Of a DNA stretch of 64,000 nucleotides, positions 52,926 through 64,000 are shown piece by piece. The stretch lies in NCBI RefSeq assembly GCF_037042905.1, contig NC_087251.1, positions 7,070,001 to 7,134,000 on the forward strand, in the 5' to 3' direction. This stretch comes from Lytechinus pictus. Its lineage: Eukaryota. The notes below the pieces were generated by a model. The model was not told the origin of the DNA, searched no databases, and saw only the letters and a list, made by a program, of their open reading frames with translations. Both the position numbers and the translations under genes were made by a program. The first letter of the stretch is position 1. Each line of letters opens with the position of its first letter.

Positions 52926-55239
52926 TAATACGAGGTTAGTATATATACTAACCTCGTACAAGGGACCGTGTTTGACCCTGGATTTGAAGTAGTCGGCAAA
53001 CATCGTTTCATTGCTGAAGTAATATTTGCCGAAACTCATTCTCGCTACGCACCGGGGCTCTTTCCGGTAAGTAGCAATACATAAAAAAATTATACATATG
53101 ATTTTGAAATGATTTCATGATAAAAAGAGCAAATTTCGCTTACCTCGGCCTAGCAAGTGACTTCGTTTGTCTCTTCTACGGAAATACAAGGAAGCCCGTT
53201 GGTGGCGCTAATAAATTTCACTACCTTGATTCAGCTCCTCGGTAATTTTATATCTGTGTCTAAATTCTTTGAATGTGCAATTCTTATGATTAATTTACTA
53301 ATTATGGGCACCAATAAATGAAATACCTTAAAAAATATAATTCAAGATTACTATTGGCGATGATAACACTTTTTTGCCATTAATTTAAAACGATGACTAA
53401 TAAAATAAAATTGAAAAAAATACACATGCCTGGAATGAAACCAGCAGTACAAGCTTTAACGAACGTCAATAATACGGTATACCAAAGTCTATACATTGAA
53501 AAGATTGGACACTTCACAGACTTCGCGTAATGCCTTGCGTGGATTTGCGTGTAAAATAGTGTAGGTGCCTAGTCTTTCCCTTGTCGTGTCTTTGATATGA
53601 ATATAAATCGCGCGCCCTCTTTAGGAGAAAATTGATATCCACGCCAACCAATTTTTATCTCCGTGAAATCTTCACTAAAGATCAAGAAAATATACATATT
53701 TTTTAAAAGAAACTTCAAGAAGTCACGGAAGGATCTAAATGATTCTGTCATAGCAGAATGTGAAATACCAGATTATGCGTGATATTTTATGTGGGCAAAA
53801 GCCCAATCTATTTTCAATGTGTCATGACAATATGACTGATATTTCTTCGCACGCGAGACGATATGAACCCATGGGTGGGCTGAGGTGCAGAAATCCAACT
53901 ACGCTGATTCTTTTTAACCACACATAGAATAGATCTTCCACAGCACTGTACATACTGATACTCCTGCACAATTGTACAAGTAGACGATGAATGATTTTTT
54001 TTAATCTGATATTGTCTGATAACCGATATAATTAAAACTGTAGGCCTGCCCACTCCTAGTACCAATGAGGTCCAAACATTAACATGTATGGACCTCATAG
54101 GCGACAATGCGTTAAAAACAGGTTAGAAGTCCTGCACCCAAGTATTTTTATGATATTAGTGATTATTACTCGAAAAATGCAAGCTTTGTCCTCATTTGTT
54201 TAGCATTTATTTAAAAATTACCCATTAACTATAATCCTACTCATATTCTAAATGTTATAAAATAAAGGGAAACTTACATTTGAGTCCTTTTTCGATCTTT
54301 TCTTGGCAGTCAGTCCGGTCCCGTCGAGTGCGATCAAAGCGGTACGAAGCTGATTTTCAGATCACGTGATACGAGTAGTCATCACCTGATCGATCGACTA
54401 TCCTTTTTTAAAGACCGCAACAATTATAAATTTTATTATAAAATATATATAGAATAAATAATTGCATGATATTATATATATTTCTACAATTAAAAATATT
54501 TTGTGATATGAATTTAATATTTGACGTAAAAATCGCTATTTAACAAAATATTTATTAAAAAATAAAAATCAAACAAAATAAAAACGCCTTGGACACAGTG
54601 CAAAAAACCTAACAATTTGGCCGCGTTCTTAACAACTATCGTAAGGGGCGCTCTATTTATAAATAAAGTTGCATATGTAGCTGTCTACCGCGACAGGAAC
54701 AGCCGCAGAATTGAAGCCAGAAGCGTGGGAAATTGCCAGAAAATTCAAGAAAAGAACCGGTGAGTACCGATTTAACAGTACTAATTTATTAAGTAACATT
54801 TATTGAATCATTACAAGATTTATTTTTTAGTAAAACAAAGCTTAGTTCTAAGCTAGGGCGGCCCAAATGCGCGTGAGTGGAGTCCCAGTTTATTAGCACG
54901 GGTAAGTATTGGGGTGTCGCCTAGAGAGTGGGCCTGCCCTAAGTGAAACTTTAAAAAGTTTAACGTTATATTAATAACATACACAACAAACTGACAAGTG
55001 ACATGCCAAATTCAAAATAAAAAAATATTCTAATACCCACACTGCAGACAGTGCACCTGACCACTCATTCAATGAACAAGGTTATGATATATATATGCAC
55101 CCGAGTCCTGACCTGTGTCTGTGAAGGAGTGATTGCTGGTAGTGGTAGTAGTACCGGTACACAAATTAATACAGATGGGACTGAAGACAACCTCTAAATT
55201 CAACAAAAAGACGTTAAATGTCAAATTACACCAGTTTAC

Positions 55240-55390
55240 CTTTATAGAAGGTGAGACATAATTTGTACAAATCGTCGAGTGCAAATCCACTCTTCCTCAC
55301 GATATCAGGAATATTTTCATGATTTAAAGACTGCGAATCGTTGTCAATTAGCGGCGTTTGGCCATCGGGAGAAGTGCGAGTGTCAGACAT
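55240..55390 (-). CDS. ACBD3: ACBD3/GCP60 coding exon 1 (MSDTRTSPDG...GFALDDLYKLCLTFYK)
   Basis: ATG in ACCAACATGT context; encodes the start of the acyl-CoA-binding domain. Donor AAG|GTAAAC; 151 nt, phase 1. Confidence 0.88.
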
Positions 55391-55735
55391 GTTGGTCACC
55401 GCCACGTAGTACGTCAACCCTATTCCCCCCCCCCCCCGGTCCCCGGCCCCTGCCCACCCGTTGATCTCTGCCCCTGTCCGGACCCTACCGCACTTATCTA
55501 TAAAAAAAAGTATTGAATTTTAAAGTTTACAGTTAGGCATATATAGATCTATGTGCACATCATCATCTAGACCAAAAGCTCCGGTCTCTGTTATGTTGGT
55601 TGTTCAGCTGAACTCCGTTGGCTTGTGTACGAGGAGAAATTAAAAAAATTAAAAAATAAAAAAACTCCTCGAAACAGACGGCTGCCAGCTGTCTAATCAT
55701 CATCATGAATATTCATAAAATGGGTTGATGATGCA

Positions 55736-56023
55736 CAGTGACGGATCCAGGGGGGGGGGGGGGAACTGGCCCGTGCCCCCCCCCCCTTGAAAGGCACAAT
55801 TTGTGATGTAAAAATGCCGTTAAAGCAGAAATGTGCCCCCCCCCCCTTTAAAACTGAAGACCCTTTTTTTTTCTTTTTGCTTGTTAATTTTTTTCGTGGA
55901 CGAGATCCCCTTATAATTTTTGGTTAAAACAATTTTTCTTTTCGATTTTTTTTTGCATGTCAAATTTTTCCTCGGGAAAATGTGCCCCCCCCCCCCATTC
56001 GAAAAATCCTGGATCCGCCCTTG
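55736..56023. mobile_element. hAT-like MITE in the ACBD3 upstream region
   Basis: CAGTGACGGATCCAGG / CCTGGATCCGCCCTTG ends; 8-bp TSD ATGATGCA (55728-55735, 56024-56031). Confidence 0.8.
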
Positions 56024-56318
56024 ATGATGCAGGTCCCCACTTTCCTTTTTTCTAATTAAGTCATGTATTCATAATTATTCATTTCCCGGGATTATTTCAT
56101 ATTTTCATACATGCGTGTATTATTAATATGTCTAACTTATGAGTTGCAGCAATCAATATCTGATGCATTAAATCAGTTGTCAATCCAATATTTTTAATGC
56201 TTGGAGGAAAAAAATGAATAAACCATGGAACCTACATGAATATTATATATAATTTAATCTTAAAACAACAAGTGGGGATAATAACATCATCAATATGCTC
56301 ATTGAATATTTATGAAGG

Positions 56319-57192
56319 TTTAGGAAATTGGCAAAGCCGATCTCCTAATATTTATATAAAAGTTAGGTCCTACCTTAATTCTTGCTCGCCAGAAGATAGA
56401 ATGGGATCCAGCCGCTCAGAATCTCAGATAAATTGCACAAATCCGTGAATAGAAATATATACACTTCACAATTTCAAATAGATTAGAAAAAAGGGATAGA
56501 TGTCACAAAATGTCTCGCGAAGTAATGAGCTCATTAAATATGCAGAGAATATAGACTTCGAAGGAGTGGAAGTGACGGTAAGGAATAAGATTGGAAAATG
56601 TAGAGAAATAATTAAGTATAAGTTGATCCTCCACAAGATTTGATTCAATCCTCACTAGCAGCTGGATGAGATGGTCAGCATGAGTGGACAGGACGAAGGC
56701 AGAGAGTAGAGTGATGATGTGGTAGAGAAGACAAGTTGTTTTTACCAACATCAGAAAAGGTGAGACAAAGAAATAAGCGCCAAAAAGGGTGGCAAAACGC
56801 AGTTGAAAAGAACAAAGAAGAGAGAGGTAGACTGTGAGAAAAGCAAACATGGAAGCATCTCTGTAGTGATGTTATATACCTGCAAGTTCATTGCAATAAA
56901 CAAGGGACAATGAAAGGATGTTTGCTCCAAGTCTAAGAACAAAAGAAAGGTTGTTTCTCAATATAAGAATGTGTTTGCCAAGTAGATTTGGACAGAAAAT
57001 GAGTTGGCTTGCTCTGTGAATGTACAGTATTGTAGTACATACACATGGCGTGAACAAGTGAGAATATATGAAATTGGAAATAAAAGAAAGAATTTATATA
57101 CATATACAGAATGTTGAAATATAAATGAAAATATATACAAGGAAAGAATATATAGATGTAGATATATAAAAAGATATAGTCAAGTCACTACA
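56319..57192 (-). repeat. 3' LTR
   Basis: Direct repeat of 61507-62380, preceded on the - strand by the polypurine tract. Confidence 0.95.
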
Positions 57193-57196
57193 GTAG

Positions 57197-57205
57197 CTCC
57201 CCCCT
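57197..57205 (-). promoter_or_regulatory. Polypurine tract
   Basis: The - strand reads AGGGGGGAG, 4 nt before the 3' LTR. Confidence 0.8.
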
Positions 57206-57323
57206 AGATTTGTACCGAATAGAAATGTAGTAACAAATCGACAAGGGAAAGTAAAAGGGAACTTGGCTATATAAAACAAGAGAATAAAAGGAGTGGAAAC
57301 ACTAGTGAATTTTGAGACATGTT

Positions 57324-60300
57324 TCAACCGTCTCCGAAAAATTGAATGAACTTGGCAGGAAACCTGACATGGCGACCAGAACGGGTCTTACGAATTTCGG
57401 GAGGCATATGCTTGTCATCAGGATCCCCTGCCAAGTCCGTGGAGTTGGATTGTTGATGAACTTGGTCAGGTGGATCTTGATAATGAAATGGAGTGATAGC
57501 CTCCTGCTCGATGAAAGCCGGTTTCAGTCTGTCGACACTGACATTTTCATGTTTACCATTATAATCAATGGTAAAATACTTGTCAGTGCGACGGATGACT
57601 CGGAAGGGTCCTCTGTATGGAGGCTGCAGTGGCTTTTTAACAGCATCATCTCTTAGAAAGATGTGAGATGAAGAATGCAGTTCAGGATGTACCTGCGTTC
57701 GAGTGTGCTGTTCTCGAGTAGGAGTGGGATGTAATTCCCGCATCATTCTCTTTAGTCTGTGGGCATAGTTAGATGGGTCATCGGCAGAATCAATTTGTGA
57801 AGGAGCTACAAATTGTGCAGGTAGAGTGACTGTTGTCCCAAACACAAGTTCTGCTGCAGAGCATCCAATGTCCGCCTTGATTGCTGTGCGTATACCCAGC
57901 AAGACTAAAGGGAGTGACTCGGTCCAACGGACCTTGTTATGAGCTTTGAGAGAAGCTTTAAGTTGGCGGTGAAAACGCTCCACTAAACCATTTGCGGCAG
58001 GATGGTATGCTGTTGTGCGGATGCGTTTAGTGCCAAGGAGGTTGGTGAGTGAAAGGAAAAGTGCTGACTCAAATTGCCTACCTCTGTCTGTTGTGATGGT
58101 AGTAGGTGCGCCAAACACTGCTACCCATCTGGCCACAAATGCTCGCGCTACCGTCTTCGCAGTGATGTCTGGGATAGGGATAGCTTCTGGCCATCTGGTG
58201 TAGCGATCAACACAAGTAAGAAGGTAATTGTTACCCTCTGATGAAGGAAGCGGGCCTACGAGGTCAATGTGCACATGAGAGAAGCGTGCATCAGGTGAAG
58301 TGAAAGTACCAAGTGGTGCTTTGGTGTGCCGATGTACTTTACACTTTTGACATTCGAGGCATGTTTTGGCCCATTTTCTGACATCAGCGTTGATGCTAGG
58401 CCAAACAAAGCGCTCTGTAATGAGCTTTTGAGTAGCTCTGATTCCTGGATGAGAAAGTCCATGAAGGGAATCAAAAATAGCTCTTCTATGTTTGACTGGT
58501 ACCAAAGGCCTGGCAGTACCAGTTGATATATCGCACAAAATGGTAGTGGTAGAACCTGGGAGAGCAATTGACTTGAGTTGAAGTGAGGAGTCTTTCACCT
58601 CAGTTTCATCTTCCTGATCTTTTGCGATGGCCGCAAAGTCTATGATTGAGGAAGAATCAACTCTGTCAATATACAGACGAGAGAGGGCGTCTGCTGCTGT
58701 GTTCTCCTTACCTGAAATGTGCTGTATATCAGAAGTGAACTGAGAAATGAAATCGAGTTGTCGGATTTCACGTGGCGAATGCCTATCCGGTTTCGATTTG
58801 AGTGCATGGGTAAGAGGTTTGTGGTCAGTGTAGATAGTAAATGACCTACCTTCAAGAAGATGGCGAAAGTGCTTGATACCCAGATATGCTGCAAGCAACT
58901 CCCTACCAAAAGTGCTGTATTTGGTTTCAGCGGGTTGTAACCTCTTAGAGAAGAAAGCCAGAGGCTGCCAAACTCCATCTACTCGTTGTTGGATAGCTCC
59001 CCCAACTCCTACGTCAGAAGCGTCGACTAGTAGGCACAAGGGAACATCAGTGCGAGGGTGCACAAGAACAGTAGAGTTAGCCAATTGATCTTTAGCATGA
59101 TTGAAAGCAAGAAGCTCTTTCTCTCCAAGATCAATTGGCATGTTCTTTTTTGTTCTGTTTTTCAACAGATCAGTCAGTGGTTGCAGCACCTCTGCACAAC
59201 GAGGAATGAATCGCCTGTAGAAGTTTATCAATCCCAGGAATTCTCGAAGTTTGGTGAGCGACGTAGGGGCAGGAAAATCACGGATGATTTTCACTTTGTC
59301 GCTAAGAGGGCGGATTCCGGTGTTGTCCACCGTATGTCCGAGGAAAGATAGCGATGAAGCACCAAACTGACATTTCGAGGGATTGACAATGATGCCATAC
59401 TCCTGCAGGCGATCGAATAGCAGACAGAGGTGTGTCTCATGTTCATTCTTAGAGGAACTGGCTACCAGTATAACATCCAGATAAACATAGACAAATGGGA
59501 GGCCGCGAATGACGGTGTCCATCAATCGCTGGAATGTTTGTGCTGCATTCCTAAGGCCGAATGGCATTCGAACGAATTCGAATAAGCCGAATGGAGTGGT
59601 AACGGCAGTCTTGTGAATGTCGCTAGGCTCGACTGGGATCTGATGATATGCCCTAACGAGATCAATTTTGGAAAAAATTGTCTTACCTGCAAGAGTTGAA
59701 GAGAAATCTTGCAAGTGTGGGATAGGGTATCGATCCGGGACCGTGCGAGCGTTGAGCAAGCGATAATCACCACAAGGCCGCCAGTCCCCTGGCGTCTTCT
59801 TGGGAACCATGTGCAATGGACTTGACCAGTTGCTCTCAGATTGTCGGATAATGCCAAGTTCAAGCATGTGCTCAAACTCTGCCTGGGCAATTCTCTGACG
59901 ATCTGGAGCAAGTCGACGAGGGCGCGCTGCCGCGGGCGGGCCTCGAGTTGGGATGTGATGCGTGGTAGTATGTTTCACTTCTGAGTGCTTGTAAACCGGT
60001 CGTGTGATATCCGGATACTGACGGAGAATGGAGTGAAATTGCTCCGATGTGTCATGTTGAACATACATCGGGCTAATAGTACCAGTATATGAACCACATC
60101 CCTGGACTGTAAGAGTGGTTTTGGTGTCTATCAATCGGCGGTGTTTGATATCCACCAACAGTCCAAATTGGTCAAGAAAATCGGCACCCAAAATCGGCGT
60201 AGGTATGTCTGTCACAACAAATATCCAGCGGAAAACACGCCGTAAACCGAGATCAAGTGTGAAAGACTTTTGTCCGAAAGTCTTGATTGGCGATCGATTT

Positions 60301-60524
60301 ACAGCCTGTAGTTGAATATTTGTTGCGTCAACCCTAGCCGGTTTCCCCAATTTTGAATGAGGGAAAATGCTCACCTCAGCACCTGTGTCGACGAGAAAGC
60401 GTGTACCAGTGTACTTGTCGTTGACAAAGAAAAGGCGACTGGGTTGGGTGCTGCCAAGGGGGTTAGTCGCCGCTATTCCTTGGCGGGGTCGTTTCCCTGG
60501 GCTTGTCTTGCTGAGAAAGAGCAA
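57324..60524 (-). CDS. pol: Retrotransposon Pol (protease, RT, RNase H, integrase with GPF/Y module), entered by -1 frameshift near 60491-60497; RT motif mutated to YLDV
   Basis: Protease [26 protein letters not shown] and YLDV; RNase H DAS/RELLA/TDHKPL/ADALSR; integrase HxxxH..CxxC, HIDLVG, TTDRG, VERFH; YRGPF module. The ORF is in the -1 frame relative to gag. Confidence 0.95.
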   Translation of the reverse strand: MLFLSKTSPGKRPRQGIAATNPLGSTQPSRLFFVNDKYTGTRFLVDTGAEVSIFPHSKLGKPARVDATNIQLQAVNRSPIKTFGQKSFTLDLGLRRVFRWIFVVTDIPTPILGADFLDQFGLLVDIKHRRLIDTKTTLTVQGCGSYTGTISPMYVQHDTSEQFHSILRQYPDITRPVYKHSEVKHTTTHHIPTRGPPAAARPRRLAPDRQRIAQAEFEHMLELGIIRQSESNWSSPLHMVPKKTPGDWRPCGDYRLLNARTVPDRYPIPHLQDFSSTLAGKTIFSKIDLVRAYHQIPVEPSDIHKTAVTTPFGLFEFVRMPFGLRNAAQTFQRLMDTVIRGLPFVYVYLDVILVASSSKNEHETHLCLLFDRLQEYGIIVNPSKCQFGASSLSFLGHTVDNTGIRPLSDKVKIIRDFPAPTSLTKLREFLGLINFYRRFIPRCAEVLQPLTDLLKNRTKKNMPIDLGEKELLAFNHAKDQLANSTVLVHPRTDVPLCLLVDASDVGVGGAIQQRVDGVWQPLAFFSKRLQPAETKYSTFGRELLAAYLGIKHFRHLLEGRSFTIYTDHKPLTHALKSKPDRHSPREIRQLDFISQFTSDIQHISGKENTAADALSRLYIDRVDSSSIIDFAAIAKDQEDETEVKDSSLQLKSIALPGSTTTILCDISTGTARPLVPVKHRRAIFDSLHGLSHPGIRATQKLITERFVWPSINADVRKWAKTCLECQKCKVHRHTKAPLGTFTSPDARFSHVHIDLVGPLPSSEGNNYLLTCVDRYTRWPEAIPIPDITAKTVARAFVARWVAVFGAPTTITTDRGRQFESALFLSLTNLLGTKRIRTTAYHPAANGLVERFHRQLKASLKAHNKVRWTESLPLVLLGIRTAIKADIGCSAAELVFGTTVTLPAQFVAPSQIDSADDPSNYAHRLKRMMRELHPTPTREQHTRTQVHPELHSSSHIFLRDDAVKKPLQPPYRGPFRVIRRTDKYFTIDYNGKHENVSVDRLKPAFIEQEAITPFHYQDPPDQVHQQSNSTDLAGDPDDKHMPPEIRKTRSGRHVRFPAKFIQFFGDG
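60434..60497 (-). promoter_or_regulatory. -1 programmed ribosomal frameshift signal (G GGA AAC plus predicted pseudoknot)
   Basis: Slippery heptamer in the correct gag phase, a 6-nt spacer, stem 1 GCCAAGG/CCTTGGC and stem 2 GGCGACT/AGTCGCC. Confidence 0.85.
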
Positions 60525-61351
60525 GGACTAATGCACTTTTGAGCACTGCTCCCATATTTCCAGTGATACCAGCACTGGGCACCTGCATGCTGTTCACTGC
60601 GATGCGGGCTGCGCGAAACTGATTGTGGGCGCTTAATCGAGTCCTTCGACTTGCGCTGTCGACTGCGACCTCTCTCGCGGTTATCCAGCATGGAGCAGGT
60701 TAATGCTCGAACTTGCATTGTGAGCTGGTCCACCTGTGCAGAGAGCTGGTCGACTTTAGTTTCGTGCGTGGGGAGTGGAGGGGGTTGTGATGGCGCCAAC
60801 TTAGATTGAATGTTGGATATAGTTGGGCCGGCAACTTCAACAATTTTGTCCGCAAGCGCCGCTAAGTCCACCAAACTCACCCCGTCGCTTGATGCGGCTA
60901 GGATGACCTGCACGTTGGTGGGCAAGCGTTGCAAAAATAATTGCCGAAAAATTGAATCCTCCATTGTGCTCGTCCCCATCAATTGCTGCATCCGCCGGAG
61001 GAGTTGCGACGGCGACTTGTCTCCGAGCTCCTCTCCCGACAGCAGCCGATTGAGGCGCGTCTGCTCGGAGACGGTCGTTCGCTTGACAAGTGCAGCTTTT
61101 AATTTTTGATAGGGGTTGTCACCCGGGATAGCAGTAATGATATCCCTCACCTCCATAGCTACCTCTTGTTGTAGTGAGGCAACTACATAATTGAATTTAG
61201 TGATTTCGGCGGTAATACCCTTTGTGTGAAATTGGGCCTCCACCTGAACGAACCAAATTTCTGGGTCATTTGCCCAGAATGGTGGGAGCTTAATGCTCAC
61301 CGGAGCAATAGAGGGTGAGAGTAAGATTAGATTCAGGAGTAGAGGGAACAT
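60473..61351 (-). CDS. gag: Retrotransposon Gag with CHCC zinc knuckle; true start uncertain
   Basis: [22 protein letters not shown]-terminal motif; [18 protein letters not shown] fits C-X2-H-X9-C-X3-C. Confidence 0.88.
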   Translation of the reverse strand: MFPLLLNLILLSPSIAPVSIKLPPFWANDPEIWFVQVEAQFHTKGITAEITKFNYVVASLQQEVAMEVRDIITAIPGDNPYQKLKAALVKRTTVSEQTRLNRLLSGEELGDKSPSQLLRRMQQLMGTSTMEDSIFRQLFLQRLPTNVQVILAASSDGVSLVDLAALADKIVEVAGPTISNIQSKLAPSQPPPLPTHETKVDQLSAQVDQLTMQVRALTCSMLDNRERGRSRQRKSKDSIKRPQSVSRSPHRSEQHAGAQCWYHWKYGSSAQKCISPCSFSARQAQGNDPAKE

Positions 61352-61487
61352 TAGGAGTAGTCATGTTGTAGAGTAAAGAAAAAAAAATTGAGAAGTAGAA
61401 AGGAAACAAAAATAGTGAAGTGAGAAGCAAGAATAGCGAAGTGAGAGAAATGAATAAAGGGCGATAAAAGAAAATTAAGGATTCAGG

Positions 61488-61505
61488 ATCACGTCGGGGT
61501 CACCA
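61488..61505 (-). promoter_or_regulatory. Primer-binding site complementary to the tRNA-Trp 3' end
   Basis: The - strand reads TGGTGACCCCGACGTGAT, 1 nt after the 5' LTR. I recognise this 18-mer as the tRNA-Trp PBS of avian leukosis/sarcoma viruses. Confidence 0.9.
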
Positions 61506-61506
61506 G

Positions 61507-62380
61507 TTTAGGAAATTGGCAAAGCCGATCTCCTAATATTTATATAAAAGTTAGGTCCTACCTTAATTCTTGCTCGCCAGAAGATAGAATGGGATCCAGC
61601 CGCTCAGAATCTCAGATAAATTGCACAAATCCGTGAATAGAAATATATACACTTCACAATTTCAAATAGATTAGAAAAAAGGGATAGATGTCACAAAATG
61701 TCTCGCGAAGTAATGAGCTCATTAAATATGCAGAGAATATAGACTTCGAAGGAGTGGAAGTGACGGTAAGGAATAAGATTGGAAAATGTAGAGAAATAAT
61801 TAAGTATAAGTTGATCCTCCACAAGATTTGATTCAATCCTCACTAGCAGCTGGATGAGATGGTCAGCATGAGTGGACAGGACGAAGGCAGAGAGTAGAGT
61901 GATGATGTGGTAGAGAAGACAAGTTGTTTTTACCAACATCAGAAAAGGTGAGACAAAGAAATAAGCGCCAAAAAGGGTGGCAAAACGCAGTTGAAAAGAA
62001 CAAAGAAGAGAGAGGTAGACTGTGAGAAAAGCAAACATGGAAGCATCTCTGTAGTGATGTTATATACCTGCAAGTTCATTGCAATAAACAAGGGACAATG
62101 AAAGGATGTTTGCTCCAAGTCTAAGAACAAAAGAAAGGTTGTTTCTCAATATAAGAATGTGTTTGCCAAGTAGATTTGGACAGAAAATGAGTTGGCTTGC
62201 TCTGTGAATGTACAGTATTGTAGTACATACACATGGCGTGAACAAGTGAGAATATATGAAATTGGAAATAAAAGAAAGAATTTATATACATATACAGAAT
62301 GTTGAAATATAAATGAAAATATATACAAGGAAAGAATATATAGATGTAGATATATAAAAAGATATAGTCAAGTCACTACA
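61507..62380 (-). repeat. 5' LTR (TGTAGTGAC...TTCCTAAA)
   Basis: Direct repeat of 56319-57192. I saw no differences by eye, and the spurious ORF translations in the two copies are identical. Confidence 0.95.
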
Positions 62381-63395
62381 AAGGCATTCATTAACAGAGA
62401 AATGTTTCACCTAAATAAGGCAAATCTTTAAAATGTCATATTCCTTGTCCCATTTTGATAAAATTTGCAGTGTTTTGTTTGTCTGACTTTTCTCTGTCTG
62501 TTCTAACCATATTATTTTCAGCTATGGCGAAGTACCCCTTTAATTCATCTTGATTCGTTAATATTTTTCCCTTACCAAATTTGATTTTGTTTGGATGAAT
62601 TAAAATGGGAGGAACTAAAAATCACTGAATAAAAAAAGTCGATTAATCAAATTAATTTTTGCAATTTATATGGTTACATACATGGAAGGTCGTGATTTAT
62701 TTCTGTTAAATTCACATTTATTGGAAAGAAGATGTGTTTGCATATCGATCGGAAGGAGACTCACCCGAGGGAGACAGAGGGGCAATAATTGATCTGAATA
62801 AACATACACCCAGCGGAACTGCCCCCCCCCCCACTCAGTGTTATTTAGGGTACGCCTATGCTTGTTTCCTCTCTTTGAAAGCACCTCCCTATCTCATGTC
62901 TGCCAAAATTTCTGAACCCCCCCCCCTTTCGCAGGCTTTTCCAGCCTTGGAGACCCCCTATATAAATCCGGAACACTGCTCAATGCACACCCCTATCTCA
63001 GGTGAACTCTCATTTCAACCCCCTATCACAGCCTCAGGACAGACAACCTCCCCCCCCCCCCTTCATCTCAGGTAAGCTGTCGTCACAATAGAGGTTCCCT
63101 GATGTCATGATGGAGGACAAAACAATAGCAAAACCATGAAAACAATTAATTTTCATAGTATGATGCACAGTGGGGGGGGGGGGGGGCTGACCATGCAAAT
63201 AAATCACAATCATATGGTCATTTTTACGTTTTTGTACACGGTTTTGTAAAAAAGTGGGGGGCGTCAGCCCCCCCCCCCCCCGCTTCCACGGCCCCTGAAT
63301 ATGGCTGCTTGTGGGAACCCTCTATACATTAGGAAAGATTTTAAATTTCTCAGGAGTCCAAAGTGAGAGAGAGAGAGAAAAAAAAAACTTTTTAA

Positions 63396-64000
63396 AGATC
63401 AAGTCCACCCCAGAAAAATGTTGATTTGAATAAATGGAAAAAAATCAAACTAGCATAATACTGAAAATGTCATAAAAATCGGATGTAAAATAAGAAAGTA
63501 ATGACATTTTAAAGTTTCACTTATTTTTCACAAAACAGTGATATTCACAACTCGGTGACATGCAAATATGACAGTCGATGATGTCCTTCACTCACTATTT
63601 CGGTTTGTTTTTATTGTTTGAATTAAACAATATTTCATTTATTACAGATTTGATAATAAACACCAACTTGACTGATCGAAACATATAATATTTAACAATG
63701 TTAATGCCACATTTTCAGGGAGGAATTAATCATTGTTTTACTTAACACTGAGGAGAAAATTCGAATATTTCATATTTCATATAATAAAATACAAAAGAAA
63801 TAGTGAGTGGATGACGTCATCAGTCTCCTTATTTGCATACCGACCAAAATGTGCATATTACTATTTTGTGAAATTAGGTGAAATTTAAAAATGTCACGAC
63901 TTTTTCTTATTTTACATCCGATTTTGATGAAATTTTCAGTAATATGTTTGTTGGATTTTTTCTCTTTTTATTCAAATCAACTTTTTGTTGGGGTATAGAC
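63396..64000. mobile_element. TTAA-flanked long-TIR element (Kolobok-like MITE), second copy
   Basis: TTAA-agatcaagtccacccc start; arm aaaatcggatgtaaaataagaaag pairs with ttcttattttacatccgatttt; runs to the window end. Confidence 0.7.

Larger units (their letters stand above)
56319..62380 (-). mobile_element. Full-length Ty3/gypsy LTR retrotransposon (CsRn1-like), 6062 bp
   Basis: Two 874-bp direct repeats offset by 5188 bp; AAGG on both flanks (56315-56318, 62381-62384); PBS, PPT, gag, and pol in PR-RT-RH-IN order; no env. Confidence 0.96.

Noticed and set aside
55391..55417. Longer ACBD3 N-terminus (MTYYVAVTN) from the ORF track
   Set aside because: It starts at a non-ATG codon; the first ATG in good context is at 55390.
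56466..57327. Several short hydrophobic ORFs after pol, duplicated at 61654-62328, that could be taken for env
   Set aside because: They lie within the LTRs and reflect T/C skew. Only about 120 bp separates the pol stop from the PPT, so there is no room for env.

Overview
AT-rich, repeat-dense animal genomic DNA, probably a marine invertebrate and plausibly a sea urchin (inferred from repeat style only). It holds two convergent spliced genes: kintoun/DNAAF2 on + (3 coding exons, 4007-10455, about 964 aa) and ACBD3/GCP60 on - (9 coding exons, 55390-20875, 491 aa; all splice phases were checked by hand). A complete Ty3/gypsy LTR retrotransposon of CsRn1-like type sits 929 bp upstream of the ACBD3 start codon (56319-62380, - strand). 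It has 874-bp apparently identical LTRs, an AAGG target-site duplication, an 18-nt tRNA-Trp primer-binding site, a CHCC Gag knuckle and a GGGAAAC slippery site followed by a predicted H-type pseudoknot. Its RT motif reads YLDV instead of YLDD, and the gag 5' end may be frameshifted. Introns and intergenic DNA are filled with non-autonomous elements: four Helentron/HINE-like elements with internal ~130-bp tandem arrays, hAT-, Harbinger- and Kolobok-like MITEs, foldbacks, and SINE and CR1/L2 relics. I found no convincing wholly new multi-gene system. The best leads are the young but RT-dead retroelement and its recoding signal, covariation in the HINE termini, candidate head-to-head exons in ACBD3 intron 1, and a PP1-docking module in kintoun.
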